DNA of 64,000 nucleotides from an uncultured Solirubrobacteraceae bacterium. GTDB taxonomy: Bacteria > Actinomycetota > Thermoleophilia > Solirubrobacterales > Solirubrobacteraceae. The notes below the pieces were generated by a model. It searched no databases. It saw nothing but the letters and a program-made list of their open reading frames with translations, and was not told where the DNA came from. Every line of letters begins with the position of its first letter. The stretch's first letter is position 1. Of the stretch, positions 18,724-29,011 are shown one piece after another. The stretch covers positions 22,128 to 86,127 of the forward strand of contig CAZPQW010000015.1 of NCBI GenBank assembly GCA_964588985.1, given 5' to 3'. A program made the position numbers and the translations under genes.

Positions 18724-19947
18724 GTGAGCGCCGAGCCAGCCGACGCCCCCGCACCCGAGCAAGCCGTCGCCGGGCGGGTTCTCGTCGTCGAGCAGGGGGG
18801 GCGCGGTGGCGTCGCGGACTACACCGCCGAGCTGACGCGCGCGCTCGCGGCCCAGGGCTGGCAGGTGACGCTGGCGACCGCGGACGACCACCTCTTTCAG
18901 CCGACCCCGGGAGTCGAGGTCCGCCGCGTGTTCCACTACGTGCGCGGGCACGACCAGGTGGCGCAGGCGGTCCGCCGGACGGGGCTCGGCCCGATCGTCA
19001 ACTCGCTGCGCTTCCTCGCTGCGATCCCCCGTCTGCTGAGGCTCGCCCGCCATGCCGACGTGATCCACACGGAGGGGTGGGAGTACGCGCCGCTCGGCGT
19101 GATCGCGGTCGCCGCCCTGCGGCTGGCGCGCGTGCCGATCGTGCAGACCTCGCACAACACGTTCGAGCGCGGCCGCTCGCTGGACCGCAGCCATGCGTGG
19201 CTCGCGCGGCTGACGTCCCACACGATCGTCCATACCGAGGCCGATCTCGCGCGCGTCCCGAGCACGGCGGCGGGGCGCGTGAGCGTGATCCCCCACGGCG
19301 AGTACGGCGGCCTCGCGCGCGCAGGAGGCGCGGCCGACCGCGACGCGTCCCGCGCCGAGCTGGGCATCGCGCCTGACACGCCCGTCACCCTGCTGTTCGG
19401 CCAACTGCGCCCGGACAAGGGCCTCGGCGACACGCTCGCCGCGGTCGCGCGCCTCCCCGGTCTGCACCTGCTGGTGGCCGGCGAGGAGCGCGGGGCGCTG
19501 GCGGGCGCGAGCGAGCAACTGGCCGACCCGCGGCTGGAGGGCCGTGTGACGGTGCGCGAGGGGTTCCTCGACATGAGCGAGGCGGCCAGGCTGTTCGCGG
19601 CGAGCGACACGGTCGTGCTCCCCTACATGGTCGCCAGCCAGAGCGGGGTGCTCCTGCTCGCGTACGGCTTCGCGCGGCCGGTGGTGGTGTATCCGGTCGG
19701 GGGGCTGCTCGAGTCGGTCGTCGACGGCGAGACCGGCTGGGTCTGCGCGCGGGCGGACGTCGACGCGCTCGTCGACGCGCTCGCGCAGGCGATGGAGGCG
19801 GGCTGGATCGAGTGTCGCCGGCGCGGGGAGGCGGGCGCTCGCCTGGCCCAGGAGCGCTACGCGTGGCCGGCGATCGCGCGCAGCACCGGGCAGGTCTATC
19901 GCGCCTTGCTAGCTGGTATGACTGCCACGTGGCCCGCCACCGCATAG
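18724..19947 (+). CDS. Glycosyltransferase family 4
   Basis: GGVADY, FGQLRPDKG, LPY..ASQSGV; TACCCT 7 nt before GTG 18724. Confidence 0.9.
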   Translation: MSAEPADAPAPEQAVAGRVLVVEQGGRGGVADYTAELTRALAAQGWQVTLATADDHLFQPTPGVEVRRVFHYVRGHDQVAQAVRRTGLGPIVNSLRFLAAIPRLLRLARHADVIHTEGWEYAPLGVIAVAALRLARVPIVQTSHNTFERGRSLDRSHAWLARLTSHTIVHTEADLARVPSTAAGRVSVIPHGEYGGLARAGGAADRDASRAELGIAPDTPVTLLFGQLRPDKGLGDTLAAVARLPGLHLLVAGEERGALAGASEQLADPRLEGRVTVREGFLDMSEAARLFAASDTVVLPYMVASQSGVLLLAYGFARPVVVYPVGGLLESVVDGETGWVCARADVDALVDALAQAMEAGWIECRRRGEAGARLAQERYAWPAIARSTGQVYRALLAGMTATWPATA

Positions 19948-22202
19948 TCTCGATCCAGACGACCGAGGAACGCGGCGGGGCGGAGTACGCGAACGTCGAT
20001 CTGCTGCAGGCGCTGCGTGGTCGCGGCCACGACGTGGTGCTGCTCACGAACGTGCCGGATATCGCCGATGGCACGGGCGTGCCCGCCAGGTCGATCGACC
20101 TCGGTCCCAAGCTTGCGCGACGCAGCGCCGCGCGCGTGATGGTCCAGGCGCCGCTCACGCTGGTGCGCCTGGCGCGCGCGCTGCGCGCCGAGCGGCCCGT
20201 CGGAGCGGTGCTGCTGCACTTCAAGAAGGAGCAGCTGCTGTGCTCGCTGCTGCCGCGCCGGCTGACCGGCGAGATCGTGTGGGCGGAGTGGGGTCCGGTG
20301 CCTTTGCAGATGCGCCATGGGCCCGGGCGCTGGCTGTACGCGTTGGCGGCTCGGCGCGTGCGCGAGATCATCGCGGTCTCGGCGGGGACCAGGCGCACGG
20401 TGGTGGACACCGGCGTGCCCGAGGGGAAGGTGAAGGTCGTCCCCAATCTGGTCGATACCGACAACGTGACTTTCGATCCGGTCGGACGCGAGACGCTTCG
20501 CCGTGCCTGGGGGACCGACGATCGGACCCTGGTGGTGGGCTGCGTGTCGCGCTTTCAGAAGCGCAAGCGCAACGACGTGGCGATCGATGCGATGGCGCAC
20601 GTCGACGGCGACGTTCGTCTCGTGCTCGCCGGCGAGGGCGAGGAGGAGGGTGCGCTGCGCGAGCGCGCCGCGCCGTTCGGCGATCGCGTGCGCTTCGAGC
20701 CGAACGTGCGCGGGCACGTCGAGTCGTTCCTGTCCGCCTGCGACCTGCTGGTGTTCACGCCAAGCCCCACCGAGGGCGAGCCCAGGATCATCGTGATGGC
20801 CCAACTCGTGGGGGTGCCAGTGATCTCCACCGACCCCGAGGGCGCCGAGGGGCTGATACCGGAGGGCGGCGGCACGATCGTCTCGCCGTCGCACGACCCG
20901 CTCGCGCTCGCGGCGACGATCGAAGCGTACCGAGACGATCCGGAGCGCATCAGGCGAGAGGGCGAGCTGGCGCAACAGATAACGCGCGAAACCCACGACC
21001 TGGAGAAGACGCTCAACGAGGTCAAACACGCCCTCGCTCTGGACGACGAGGCGCCCGCCGCGGTCAGGCCGCTGAAGATCGTGAGCGTACTCACGACCGA
21101 CTCCAGCGGAGGCGCGGAGTTCGCCGCCGTGGAGATGCTCGAGGCGCTGCGCCAACGGGGCCACGACACGGTGCTGTTGAGCGACATGCCGGGCATCGGA
21201 CGCGGCACCGACGTGACCGTGGTGGGGATCGACACCGGCCCGAAGCTCTCGACGCGCACCTGGTCGCGGCTGGCCAAGCGCTGGCCGCTGCTGCTCAAAC
21301 GCTTCTCGCGAGCGCTCGATGCGCAGCTGCCCTACGACGTGCTGCTCGTCCACTACAAGAAGGAGCAGCTGATGGCGGGCATGCTGCCCAAGCGGCTGCG
21401 CGCGACGACCGTGTGGGCCGAGTGGGGTCCCGTGCCGATACCGCTGCGAAGCGGCATCCCGCGACTTGCCTACCTCGCGGCATCAAAGCGGACTCCGCTA
21501 GTGATGGCGATCTCCGAGGGCACGCGCAAGTCGGTCGCCGGCGTGGGTGTCGCGCAGAAGATGGTCGTGGTGCCGAACGTGATGCGCACCGACGAGATCC
21601 GCTTCACCGACGAGGGTCGAGCGCGCGTGCGCCAGGAGCTGGGCATCCCGGCCGATGCGTTCGTCGTCGGCTGCATCTCTCGCTTCCACCGCAAGAAGCG
21701 CAACGACGTCGTCGTCGAGGCGGTGCGCGAAATGGACGATCCGCGCGTCCACCTGATCCTCGCGGGAGACGGCGAAACCGAGGAGCAGCTGCGCGAGCTG
21801 GCGGCCCCGCTGGGCGAGCGTGCGCACTTCATCTCCACGCCTGGCTCTGAGGTGCCCGATGTGCTGTCGGCGTTCGACGTGTCGGTGTTCTGCCCGAGCC
21901 CGACCGAGGGCGCTCCGCGCGCGGTGATCCTCGGCATGCTCGCCTCGCGCCCCTGCCTCGCGACCGGGCCGGAGGGCGTGGCGGACATGATCACCGATGA
22001 CATCGGTGGGATCGCCGATCCGGAGAACGAGCCCGCGTCGCTGCGGGTGCTGCTCGAGCGCTACGTGGGAGATCCCGAGCGGGTCGAGCGGGAGGGCGCG
22101 GCCGCCCGCGCCCTCGCCGAGCAGACCTATGCGGCGCCTGTGGTGGCGGAGGCGATCGAGCAGCTCTTCAGGGAAGCCATCGACTCCAATGGGCGCGCAT
22201 GA
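19929..22202 (+). CDS. Tandem double GT4 glycosyltransferase (internal duplication)
   Basis: Two paralogous halves, each with GGAE, H.KKEQL, WAEWGPVP, SRF...KRNDV and PSPTEG. Confidence 0.88.
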   Translation: MARHRIVSIQTTEERGGAEYANVDLLQALRGRGHDVVLLTNVPDIADGTGVPARSIDLGPKLARRSAARVMVQAPLTLVRLARALRAERPVGAVLLHFKKEQLLCSLLPRRLTGEIVWAEWGPVPLQMRHGPGRWLYALAARRVREIIAVSAGTRRTVVDTGVPEGKVKVVPNLVDTDNVTFDPVGRETLRRAWGTDDRTLVVGCVSRFQKRKRNDVAIDAMAHVDGDVRLVLAGEGEEEGALRERAAPFGDRVRFEPNVRGHVESFLSACDLLVFTPSPTEGEPRIIVMAQLVGVPVISTDPEGAEGLIPEGGGTIVSPSHDPLALAATIEAYRDDPERIRREGELAQQITRETHDLEKTLNEVKHALALDDEAPAAVRPLKIVSVLTTDSSGGAEFAAVEMLEALRQRGHDTVLLSDMPGIGRGTDVTVVGIDTGPKLSTRTWSRLAKRWPLLLKRFSRALDAQLPYDVLLVHYKKEQLMAGMLPKRLRATTVWAEWGPVPIPLRSGIPRLAYLAASKRTPLVMAISEGTRKSVAGVGVAQKMVVVPNVMRTDEIRFTDEGRARVRQELGIPADAFVVGCISRFHRKKRNDVVVEAVREMDDPRVHLILAGDGETEEQLRELAAPLGERAHFISTPGSEVPDVLSAFDVSVFCPSPTEGAPRAVILGMLASRPCLATGPEGVADMITDDIGGIADPENEPASLRVLLERYVGDPERVEREGAAARALAEQTYAAPVVAEAIEQLFREAIDSNGRA

Positions 22203-23059
22203 TCAAGTCGTGGCTCAAGCGGCTGTCGCCGTCGCTGCAGGATCGGCTGCGACGGCTCTCTCGTCTGCGCTGGCTCGAGAAGGCACGCCTCACGAGGTAC
22301 TACGGCGTGTCCTTGTGGGCTCGGCCTCTGCGGGTCGCCAGGTACGTGCTGTGGGCCCCCGACGTGGGCGACTTCTCCTACGAACTGGACAACGAGGTGG
22401 AGCTGGTGTCGTTCCTCGCGAGCGCGCTCGCGCTGGAGCCCGCGCTGGTGCGGCGCTATCTCGACGAGATCCACACGTCGCCCGAGGTCACCCATGACCT
22501 CGCCACGACGGTTCGCCGGCGGCCCGACATGTCGCGTCGGCCCGGTCTCGGCCATCGCGTGGCGTGGTATGTGGTCGCCCGCGCGATCAAGCCGCGGCTG
22601 GTCGTCGAGACGGGCATCAAGCACGGGCTGGGAGCGCTCGTGCTGCTCGTGGCGCTGGACCGCAACGCACGCGAAGGCAGCGAGGGAAGGCTGATCTCCT
22701 TCGACCCCGACCCGGCCAGCGGTTGGGTCGTCCCCGCGGCGATGCGCGGCAGCTGGAGGCCGGTGTTCGAGACGAGCTTCGACGCCTTCGACGAGCAGCT
22801 CGACGGCGAGCAGATCGACCTGTTCGTGTGCGACACGCCCCCCGACACGGAGATCGAGGACTTCGAGATGCACGCGGCGCTGCGCCACGCGGCGCCCGGG
22901 ATCGTGCTGATCGCCGCCAACGGCGATCGCACCACGGTGCTGCCCGACCTCGCGGCCGAGCGCGGCGGCGACTACCGCTTCTTCGCCGAGCGCCCGCGGC
23001 ACCCGATCTACCCAGGCGGCGGGCTGGGGCTGGGGCTGGCGCTGGGGGTGCGGTCATGA
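22199..23059 (+). CDS. Class I SAM-dependent methyltransferase (Methyltransf_24-like)
   Basis: VVETGIKHGLG, LISFD, IDLFVCD. Confidence 0.8.
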   Translation: MIKSWLKRLSPSLQDRLRRLSRLRWLEKARLTRYYGVSLWARPLRVARYVLWAPDVGDFSYELDNEVELVSFLASALALEPALVRRYLDEIHTSPEVTHDLATTVRRRPDMSRRPGLGHRVAWYVVARAIKPRLVVETGIKHGLGALVLLVALDRNAREGSEGRLISFDPDPASGWVVPAAMRGSWRPVFETSFDAFDEQLDGEQIDLFVCDTPPDTEIEDFEMHAALRHAAPGIVLIAANGDRTTVLPDLAAERGGDYRFFAERPRHPIYPGGGLGLGLALGVRS

Positions 23060-23784
23060 GGCGCGCGGTGATCCTCGCGGGCGGCGAGGGCACGCGCCTG
23101 CGCCCCTACACCACCGTGCTGCCCAAGCCGCTGATGCCGATCGGCGACCGGCCGGTGCTCGACATCGTTGTGCGCCAGCTGAAGGCGCACGGCTTCGAGC
23201 GGATCACGATGGCGACCGGCTACCTCGCGGAGCTGATCGAGGCGTTCTTCCGCGACGGCTCGAGCTACGGCATCCCGATCGACTACTACCGCGAGCCCGA
23301 GCCGCTCGGCACCGTCGGAGCGCTCGCCCTGATCGGCGGCCTCGCCGCCCAGGACGTGCTCGTGATGAACGGCGACGTGCTCACCGACATCGACTACGGC
23401 GCGCTGCTCGCGCGCCATCAGGCGAGCGACGCGGCGGCGACGATCGCGACCAAGACGCGCGAGATACGCGTGTCGCTGGGCGTGCTGCGCTTCGGCGAGG
23501 ATGGCGACCCCACGCGCCTGACCGGCTACGACGAGAAGCCCACGATCGACTACACCGCGAGCATGGGCGTCTACTGCTTCGCGCCGCGCGCGCTCGGCTT
23601 CATCGAGCCCGGCGAGCGCCTCGACTTCCCCGACCTGATCCTTCGCCTGATCGCCGCCGGGGAGATCGTGCGGGCCTGGCCGAGCGAGGACTACTGGCTC
23701 GACATCGGCCGCCACGACGACTACGAGCTAGCCCAGGAAGAGTTCGAGTCGGTGCGGGATCGGCTGTTGCCGCCGGAGGTTTAG
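23056..23784 (+). CDS. Sugar-phosphate nucleotidyltransferase
   Basis: ILAGGEGTRLRP, PKPL, EPLGTVG, NGDVLTD, WLDIG; ATGA overlap with upstream gene. Confidence 0.93.
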   Translation: MRRAVILAGGEGTRLRPYTTVLPKPLMPIGDRPVLDIVVRQLKAHGFERITMATGYLAELIEAFFRDGSSYGIPIDYYREPEPLGTVGALALIGGLAAQDVLVMNGDVLTDIDYGALLARHQASDAAATIATKTREIRVSLGVLRFGEDGDPTRLTGYDEKPTIDYTASMGVYCFAPRALGFIEPGERLDFPDLILRLIAAGEIVRAWPSEDYWLDIGRHDDYELAQEEFESVRDRLLPPEV

Positions 23785-23904
23785 ACTGGCCGCGCATGAG
23801 CGCACGCCGTGATGAGCCTGGTCGGAAAGGGTGTGAGTCCATGTGTCGCGACAATCGTGACAATTGAACTCAGCGTTGCTTTGCGCGGTGGTATCGTCAC
23901 GCTC

Positions 23905-25614
23905 ATGGGATGCTGCCCTGGAGGCCGATGGCTCACGACGCTCTTGTTTGCCGCGGCGGTTGTTGTCCTGAGCCTTGGTACCGGTATAGCTGGTGCGACA
24001 CCGTCGTACGAACTCATCGGCCATGTGACATCAACACAGGAATTCAACATATCGCACGAACCCGTAAGCGGCATCGGGGGAACCGTCGTGTCGGTTATCG
24101 ATCCGTCTACTGGAGAAACCGCCCGGACGGCGGAAACGAACAGCACCGGCCTCTACAGAGTGACCGTCCCCACCGGGATCTACGACGTACTGTTCACGCC
24201 GCCCGCCGGTTCGGGCTATCCCTCGCGCCGTGTATCGAGCATTCTGCTAGGTGTGAACAGCACCTTGAGTATTGTCCTCACGAACTCGGCTGCCGTATAT
24301 CACTGGTCAGGGATCGTGAGAGGTTTGGGCGGCGCGCCTATCGAAGGCATGAAAATCCTGCTCGAAGGTGGAGGCGTCCAGGCGAGTAGCGAAACAGATG
24401 CGAGTGGCGCGTTCTCCCTGCCGGTCGGAGCGGAAGAAGACGCGCTGAAGTTGAATTTCAACCAGAACAACCAGAGCGTCGCGCCAAAGATCGTCCGGAT
24501 ATCGGGCCTACGGACCGTTGCGGGGAACATTGAAGAAGACCTCCAACTGCCGGTGCACAAGCTAACGATCACCTTTAAGGGACCGCACGAAGAACTATTC
24601 AGCGGCATCGAAACATCGTTCGGGGTGAACAACATAACGGGGCCGATCGGTGGAGTGACGATCACGTCGGCATCGGCCCAGATGAGCGCAACCTCGGACC
24701 TGTCCGGCAACGCGGTCCTCGTCGTACCGACGTTCAGCGGCAGCCTTGGCGCGGGATACCAGCCCCCGCCAGGATCGGTCGGGCTGGGCCGTGCGCAAAC
24801 CACGATCGAAGGCTCCTCGGGCGAACAGCATTTGACCGTCGCCTTCCCGCTCGCGCTCACGATCAACCAAGCGCCAGATGGTCTCAACGGCTGGTTCGTG
24901 AGCGTGCCCGCTGTGGTTGACGCACGCGTTGATGGGACGGAATTCGGCTCTCTGATCTGCGTCCTCGACGGAAAGAAAGTCAACGGAACCCCAGAAGTCA
25001 TCCCGAGTGGAAGCGTCGAGCCCATCACCATCAACAACGCGGGCAGGCACAACCTGGAATGCAGCGCGAAGGATCACGCTGGGCACACAGAGACAGCCAC
25101 GGCCGGCGTGCTAGTCGACCTCACGCCCCCTCCGGCGCCCCTTGCGCAAGCGGATCGCCCGCCCGACTACGCCGGCCGCGGCGGCTGGTATAGGAACTCC
25201 GTAATCGTGAGCTTCATAGCCCGGAGCGATCCCAAGCTTCCGGGCGGCGTCCCAGGAAGCGGCATCGACCCAGGCAGTCTGACGCTCCCCGAAAGCATCG
25301 CGACCAGTGGCGCTCATATCGCAACAGGAACGGTCGCGGACTTGGCTGGCAACGTCGCGAAGGTCACCAAACTCACGGTCAAAGTCGACGCGGACCCGCC
25401 AATCAGCTCGCTGATCTGCCCAGCCACCGTCGCCCGCGGCTCCGCGGCTCACGCAACCTGGCACGACTCAGACGGCCAATCCGGCCTCGAAGGCTCTGCG
25501 ACAGGCCGCGTGGCGCTCGACACGGCTACACGAGGCATCTTCTCTGCCGCGCACACTGCCACGGATAACGTCGGTCACTCGACCGATAGCAGCTGCGAAT
25601 ACGAAGTGATCTAA
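23905..25614 (+). CDS. Secreted beta-sandwich protein (carboxypeptidase-regulatory-like and Ig-like domains)
   Basis: Signal peptide; TNSTGLY and TDASGAF repeats; DLAGN/DNVGH Ig motifs; visibly lower GC; TATCGT 7 nt before ATG 23905. Confidence 0.75.
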   Translation: MGCCPGGRWLTTLLFAAAVVVLSLGTGIAGATPSYELIGHVTSTQEFNISHEPVSGIGGTVVSVIDPSTGETARTAETNSTGLYRVTVPTGIYDVLFTPPAGSGYPSRRVSSILLGVNSTLSIVLTNSAAVYHWSGIVRGLGGAPIEGMKILLEGGGVQASSETDASGAFSLPVGAEEDALKLNFNQNNQSVAPKIVRISGLRTVAGNIEEDLQLPVHKLTITFKGPHEELFSGIETSFGVNNITGPIGGVTITSASAQMSATSDLSGNAVLVVPTFSGSLGAGYQPPPGSVGLGRAQTTIEGSSGEQHLTVAFPLALTINQAPDGLNGWFVSVPAVVDARVDGTEFGSLICVLDGKKVNGTPEVIPSGSVEPITINNAGRHNLECSAKDHAGHTETATAGVLVDLTPPPAPLAQADRPPDYAGRGGWYRNSVIVSFIARSDPKLPGGVPGSGIDPGSLTLPESIATSGAHIATGTVADLAGNVAKVTKLTVKVDADPPISSLICPATVARGSAAHATWHDSDGQSGLEGSATGRVALDTATRGIFSAAHTATDNVGHSTDSSCEYEVI

Positions 25615-25649
25615 CGCTGAGCGAGCAGCGCGCGTTCGCTACCCACGGG

Positions 25650-26789
25650 CTAGGCGAGAGCCGCGCGCACAGCCGCGACCACCATCTCCAGCTTGGCCTC
25701 ATCCATAGTCGAGCTGAGCGGCAGCGCGCAGTGCCTGCCGGCCACCTCAGTCGCATGCGGCAGCCCGTCGGTCGGTGCGATCGCGCGGTACTCGGTGAAC
25801 GAGTGCAGCGCCGGGTACCACGTGGTCTGGATCCCGTCCGCTTTGAGATCGTCGCGGAAGCGGTCGCGCGTCTCGCGGTCGGCGAGCAGCACTGGAAACG
25901 CGAAGTGCGAGGAGCGCTCGACGGCGGGCTCGTCAAACGGCAACTCCAGGCCAGCAATCCCCGTGAGCCGCTCGCGGTAGGAACGCACCAGCTCGCGCCG
26001 GCGCGCGATGTCCTTGTCGAGCCGCTCGATGCGGCTCAGCCCGAGCGCTGCGCGGGGCTCGTCGAGGCGGTAGTTGAAGCCGATGTCGACGACGTCGTAG
26101 GCGGGGTCGTGGCCGCGGTGGCGGTCCCAGGTGGTGCTTGTCATCGCGTGCGAGCGCAGCAGCCTTACGCGCGCGGCCATCTCCTCGTCGGCGGTGGCGA
26201 CCATGCCGCCCTCGCCGACGCACAGCTGCTTCTTGGAGAAGAAGCTGAACGCGCCGAGCTCGCCGACGGTGCCCACGTGGCGCCCGTGCTCGTCCGCGAG
26301 CGCGCCGATCGCCTGCGCGCAGTCCTCGATCAGCACGAGCCCGCGCTCGTCGCAGAGCGCCCGGAGCGCATGCAGGTCGGCGGGGTAGCCGCAGAAGTGC
26401 ACCGCGACGATCGCGCGCGTGCGCGGCGTGATGCGCCGCTCGGCGTCCCGCGGGTCGATGTTGAAGTCGAGCGCTCCGCGCACGTCGCACAGCACGGGCT
26501 CGGCGCCGACGTAGCGCACCGCGGCGGCGCTCGCGACGAACGTGAAGGCGGGCACGACCACCTCGTCGCCCGGGCCGATCCCGGCGGCGAGGCAGGCGAG
26601 GTGCAGCGCGGCGGTGCCGCTCGACACGGTGACCGCATGCGGCGTGCCCACATACTCGGCGAGCGCCTGCTCGAAGCTCTGCGTGCGCGGGCCCATCGTC
26701 AGCCAGCCCGACTCCAGGCACGCCATCACGGCCTGCACGTCCTGCTCGGGCATCGCGATGTCCGTGAGTGGTACGCGCCAGTCGCTCAT
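25650..26789 (-). CDS. DegT/DnrJ/EryC1/StrS sugar aminotransferase
   Basis: SSGTAALHLA, EDCAQA, FSFFSKK, GEGG, GFNYR. Confidence 0.95.
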   Translation of the reverse strand: MSDWRVPLTDIAMPEQDVQAVMACLESGWLTMGPRTQSFEQALAEYVGTPHAVTVSSGTAALHLACLAAGIGPGDEVVVPAFTFVASAAAVRYVGAEPVLCDVRGALDFNIDPRDAERRITPRTRAIVAVHFCGYPADLHALRALCDERGLVLIEDCAQAIGALADEHGRHVGTVGELGAFSFFSKKQLCVGEGGMVATADEEMAARVRLLRSHAMTSTTWDRHRGHDPAYDVVDIGFNYRLDEPRAALGLSRIERLDKDIARRRELVRSYRERLTGIAGLELPFDEPAVERSSHFAFPVLLADRETRDRFRDDLKADGIQTTWYPALHSFTEYRAIAPTDGLPHATEVAGRHCALPLSSTMDEAKLEMVVAAVRAALA

Positions 26790-27937
26790 CGCGCGAGCGC
26801 TTCCTTCAACGCGGCGGCCACGCGGACCTGGTCCTCGTCGGTCATGTGCGGGTAGAACGGCAGCGTCAGCTCCGTGCGCGACGCCAGCTCGGTGATCGGC
26901 AGCGACACGTCGGGGAAGCGCTCGCTGTAGGCGGAGAAGCGGTGGATCGAGGGGTAGAAGATGCTCGTCTGGATGCCCAGCTCGCGCAGCCGGCTCGAGA
27001 TCTCCGCCTGGCGCCCGTCCTGCTCGATCATGATCGGCATCACGTAGCAGGAGGAGCCGGGGATGTCCTCGTCCTCGAACGGCACGACGATCCCCTCGAT
27101 CTCGCCCAGCAGCTGGCGGTAGCGCGCTGTCAGCTCACGGCGGCGCGAGATGTCGTCCTCCAGGCCACGAAGGCGCGAGAGCAGCAGCGCCGCGCGCGGC
27201 TCGTCGAGGCGGTAGTTGAAGCCGAGGCCGACCACGTCGTAGGTGTCGGTGCGGCCGCTGTGGCGGTCCCACGTACCGCTCGTCATCGCGTGCGACCGGC
27301 GCGAGCGCACGAACGCCGCCACGTCGTCGTCGTCGGTGCACAAGAGCCCGCCCTCGCCCACCGAGAGGACCTTGTTGGAGAAGAAGCTAAACGCTCCCGC
27401 GAGACCCCAGGTGCCGAGCTTGCGTCCGTGCAGCGTCGCGCTCGGGGCGTGCGCGACGTCCTCGATCAACGCGATCCCTCGCTTGGCGCACAGCTCGCTG
27501 AGACGGTCGGCCGCGCCCGCGTAGCCGGCGTAGTGCACCACGCACACCGCCTTCGTGCGCGGCGTGATGCGCCGCTCCACGTCCTCAGGGTCGAGGCTCG
27601 GGAGCTTGCGCGAGACGATCTCCGTGAACACGGGCGTCGCGCCGCAGTAGAGGACCGCGGCCGCCGTGGCAGCAAAGGTAAAAGAAGGAACGATCACCTC
27701 ATCGCCTGGACCGACGCCAGCCGCCAAATAGGCGAGGTGCAGCGCGGCGGTGCAGCTCGACAGCGCGATCGCGTGACGTGCGCCCAGCTGCTTGGCGAAC
27801 GCCTCCTCGAACTCGGCCGTCCGCGGGCCGAGCGTCAGCCAGCCGGAGCGCAGGGTCTCGGCGACCGCCTCGAGGTCTCGCGGCTGCAGCTGCAGGTCGA
27901 ACAGCGGGAGCTCGGGAAACGCGTTGGTCGCGGCCAT
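26786..27937 (-). CDS. DegT/DnrJ/EryC1/StrS sugar aminotransferase (paralog)
   Basis: SSCTAALHLA, EDVAHA, FSFFSNK, GEGG, GFNYR. Confidence 0.95.
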   Translation of the reverse strand: MAATNAFPELPLFDLQLQPRDLEAVAETLRSGWLTLGPRTAEFEEAFAKQLGARHAIALSSCTAALHLAYLAAGVGPGDEVIVPSFTFAATAAAVLYCGATPVFTEIVSRKLPSLDPEDVERRITPRTKAVCVVHYAGYAGAADRLSELCAKRGIALIEDVAHAPSATLHGRKLGTWGLAGAFSFFSNKVLSVGEGGLLCTDDDDVAAFVRSRRSHAMTSGTWDRHSGRTDTYDVVGLGFNYRLDEPRAALLLSRLRGLEDDISRRRELTARYRQLLGEIEGIVVPFEDEDIPGSSCYVMPIMIEQDGRQAEISSRLRELGIQTSIFYPSIHRFSAYSERFPDVSLPITELASRTELTLPFYPHMTDEDQVRVAAALKEALAR

Positions 27938-27957
27938 CGGCGAACGCGGCCCGTTGC

Positions 27958-28935
27958 TCAGGGAATGTTCTTGTAGCGGGGGTCGAAGGGATCGCCGAAC
28001 GCGCCGGCGTCGAGCGCCGCGATGATCTCCCCGATCCCGTCGGGGACGGTCATCAGCGTCTCGAAGCCGAGCTCCGCGCGGATCCTGTCGAAGCTGACCT
28101 TGTAGTCGCGCGGGTCCTCGTCACGACGCACGTAGGAGACGCTGCCGCGGTCGATCTGCTTTTTGATCTCCTCCACGAGGTCGAGCTTGCGGTAGTTCTC
28201 GCCCGAGCGCCCGGCGTTGAAGACCCTGCCCGCGACCTTCTCCTCAGGAGCGTCGAGCGCGGTGCGAACCGCGCGCGCGGCGTCGCGCACGTGGATGTAG
28301 GGGCGCCAGAACTGCTCGCCGAACACCTCCAGCTCGCGGTTGGACCACAGTTCGCGGGTGAACTCGTTGACCGTCAGGTCGAAGCGCATCCGCCGCCCGA
28401 CGCCGTACACCGTGGCGAAGCGCAGACACGTGGGCTTGGTCTCACCCGTCCCGCCGCCGAGGATCAGCTTCTCCATCGAGACCTTCTGCTCGGCGTACAG
28501 CGACACCGGGCGCAGCTCGCCGTCCTCGGTGATCGGCACCGACGGGTCGGCCATGCGGCCGTAGTTGGAGCACGTGGAGGCGAACACGAGCCGCTCCACG
28601 CCCGCGGCGTTCGCCTCCGTGACGAGCGAGCGCGTGGCCTGGACGTTGACCTCGTCGGCTTCCTCCGGGTCGAGGGCGCAGGCGGGGTCGCCGACGATCG
28701 CCGCGAGGTGCACCACCTCCTGGACGCCGTCGAGCGCACGCGAGCGGGCGTCAGCGTCGCGCACGTCGCCACGGATCACGAGCACGCCCGCCTGCTCCTG
28801 CTCGGCGGCGATGTCCTCCTGGCCGTGCAGTAGCCGGTCGAGCACGCGCACGTCGCGCCCGCTCTCCAGCAGCTCGCGCACGAGCAGCGCGCCGATGTAG
28901 CCGCTGCCGCCCGTGACCAAGGTTGTGTTGCCCAT
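27958..28935 (-). CDS. NAD-dependent NDP-sugar epimerase/dehydratase
   Basis: TGGSGYIG, HLAAIVG, YAEQK; TAGCAT 7 nt before ATG 28935. Confidence 0.92.
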   Translation of the reverse strand: MGNTTLVTGGSGYIGALLVRELLESGRDVRVLDRLLHGQEDIAAEQEQAGVLVIRGDVRDADARSRALDGVQEVVHLAAIVGDPACALDPEEADEVNVQATRSLVTEANAAGVERLVFASTCSNYGRMADPSVPITEDGELRPVSLYAEQKVSMEKLILGGGTGETKPTCLRFATVYGVGRRMRFDLTVNEFTRELWSNRELEVFGEQFWRPYIHVRDAARAVRTALDAPEEKVAGRVFNAGRSGENYRKLDLVEEIKKQIDRGSVSYVRRDEDPRDYKVSFDRIRAELGFETLMTVPDGIGEIIAALDAGAFGDPFDPRYKNIP

Positions 28936-29011
28936 GCGAGCCATGCTAACCACGGCATCGGCAGGCGACGGCCGCGACCTTAGACCGGCGGGCGGGGACG
29001 TGGGTACGGCC

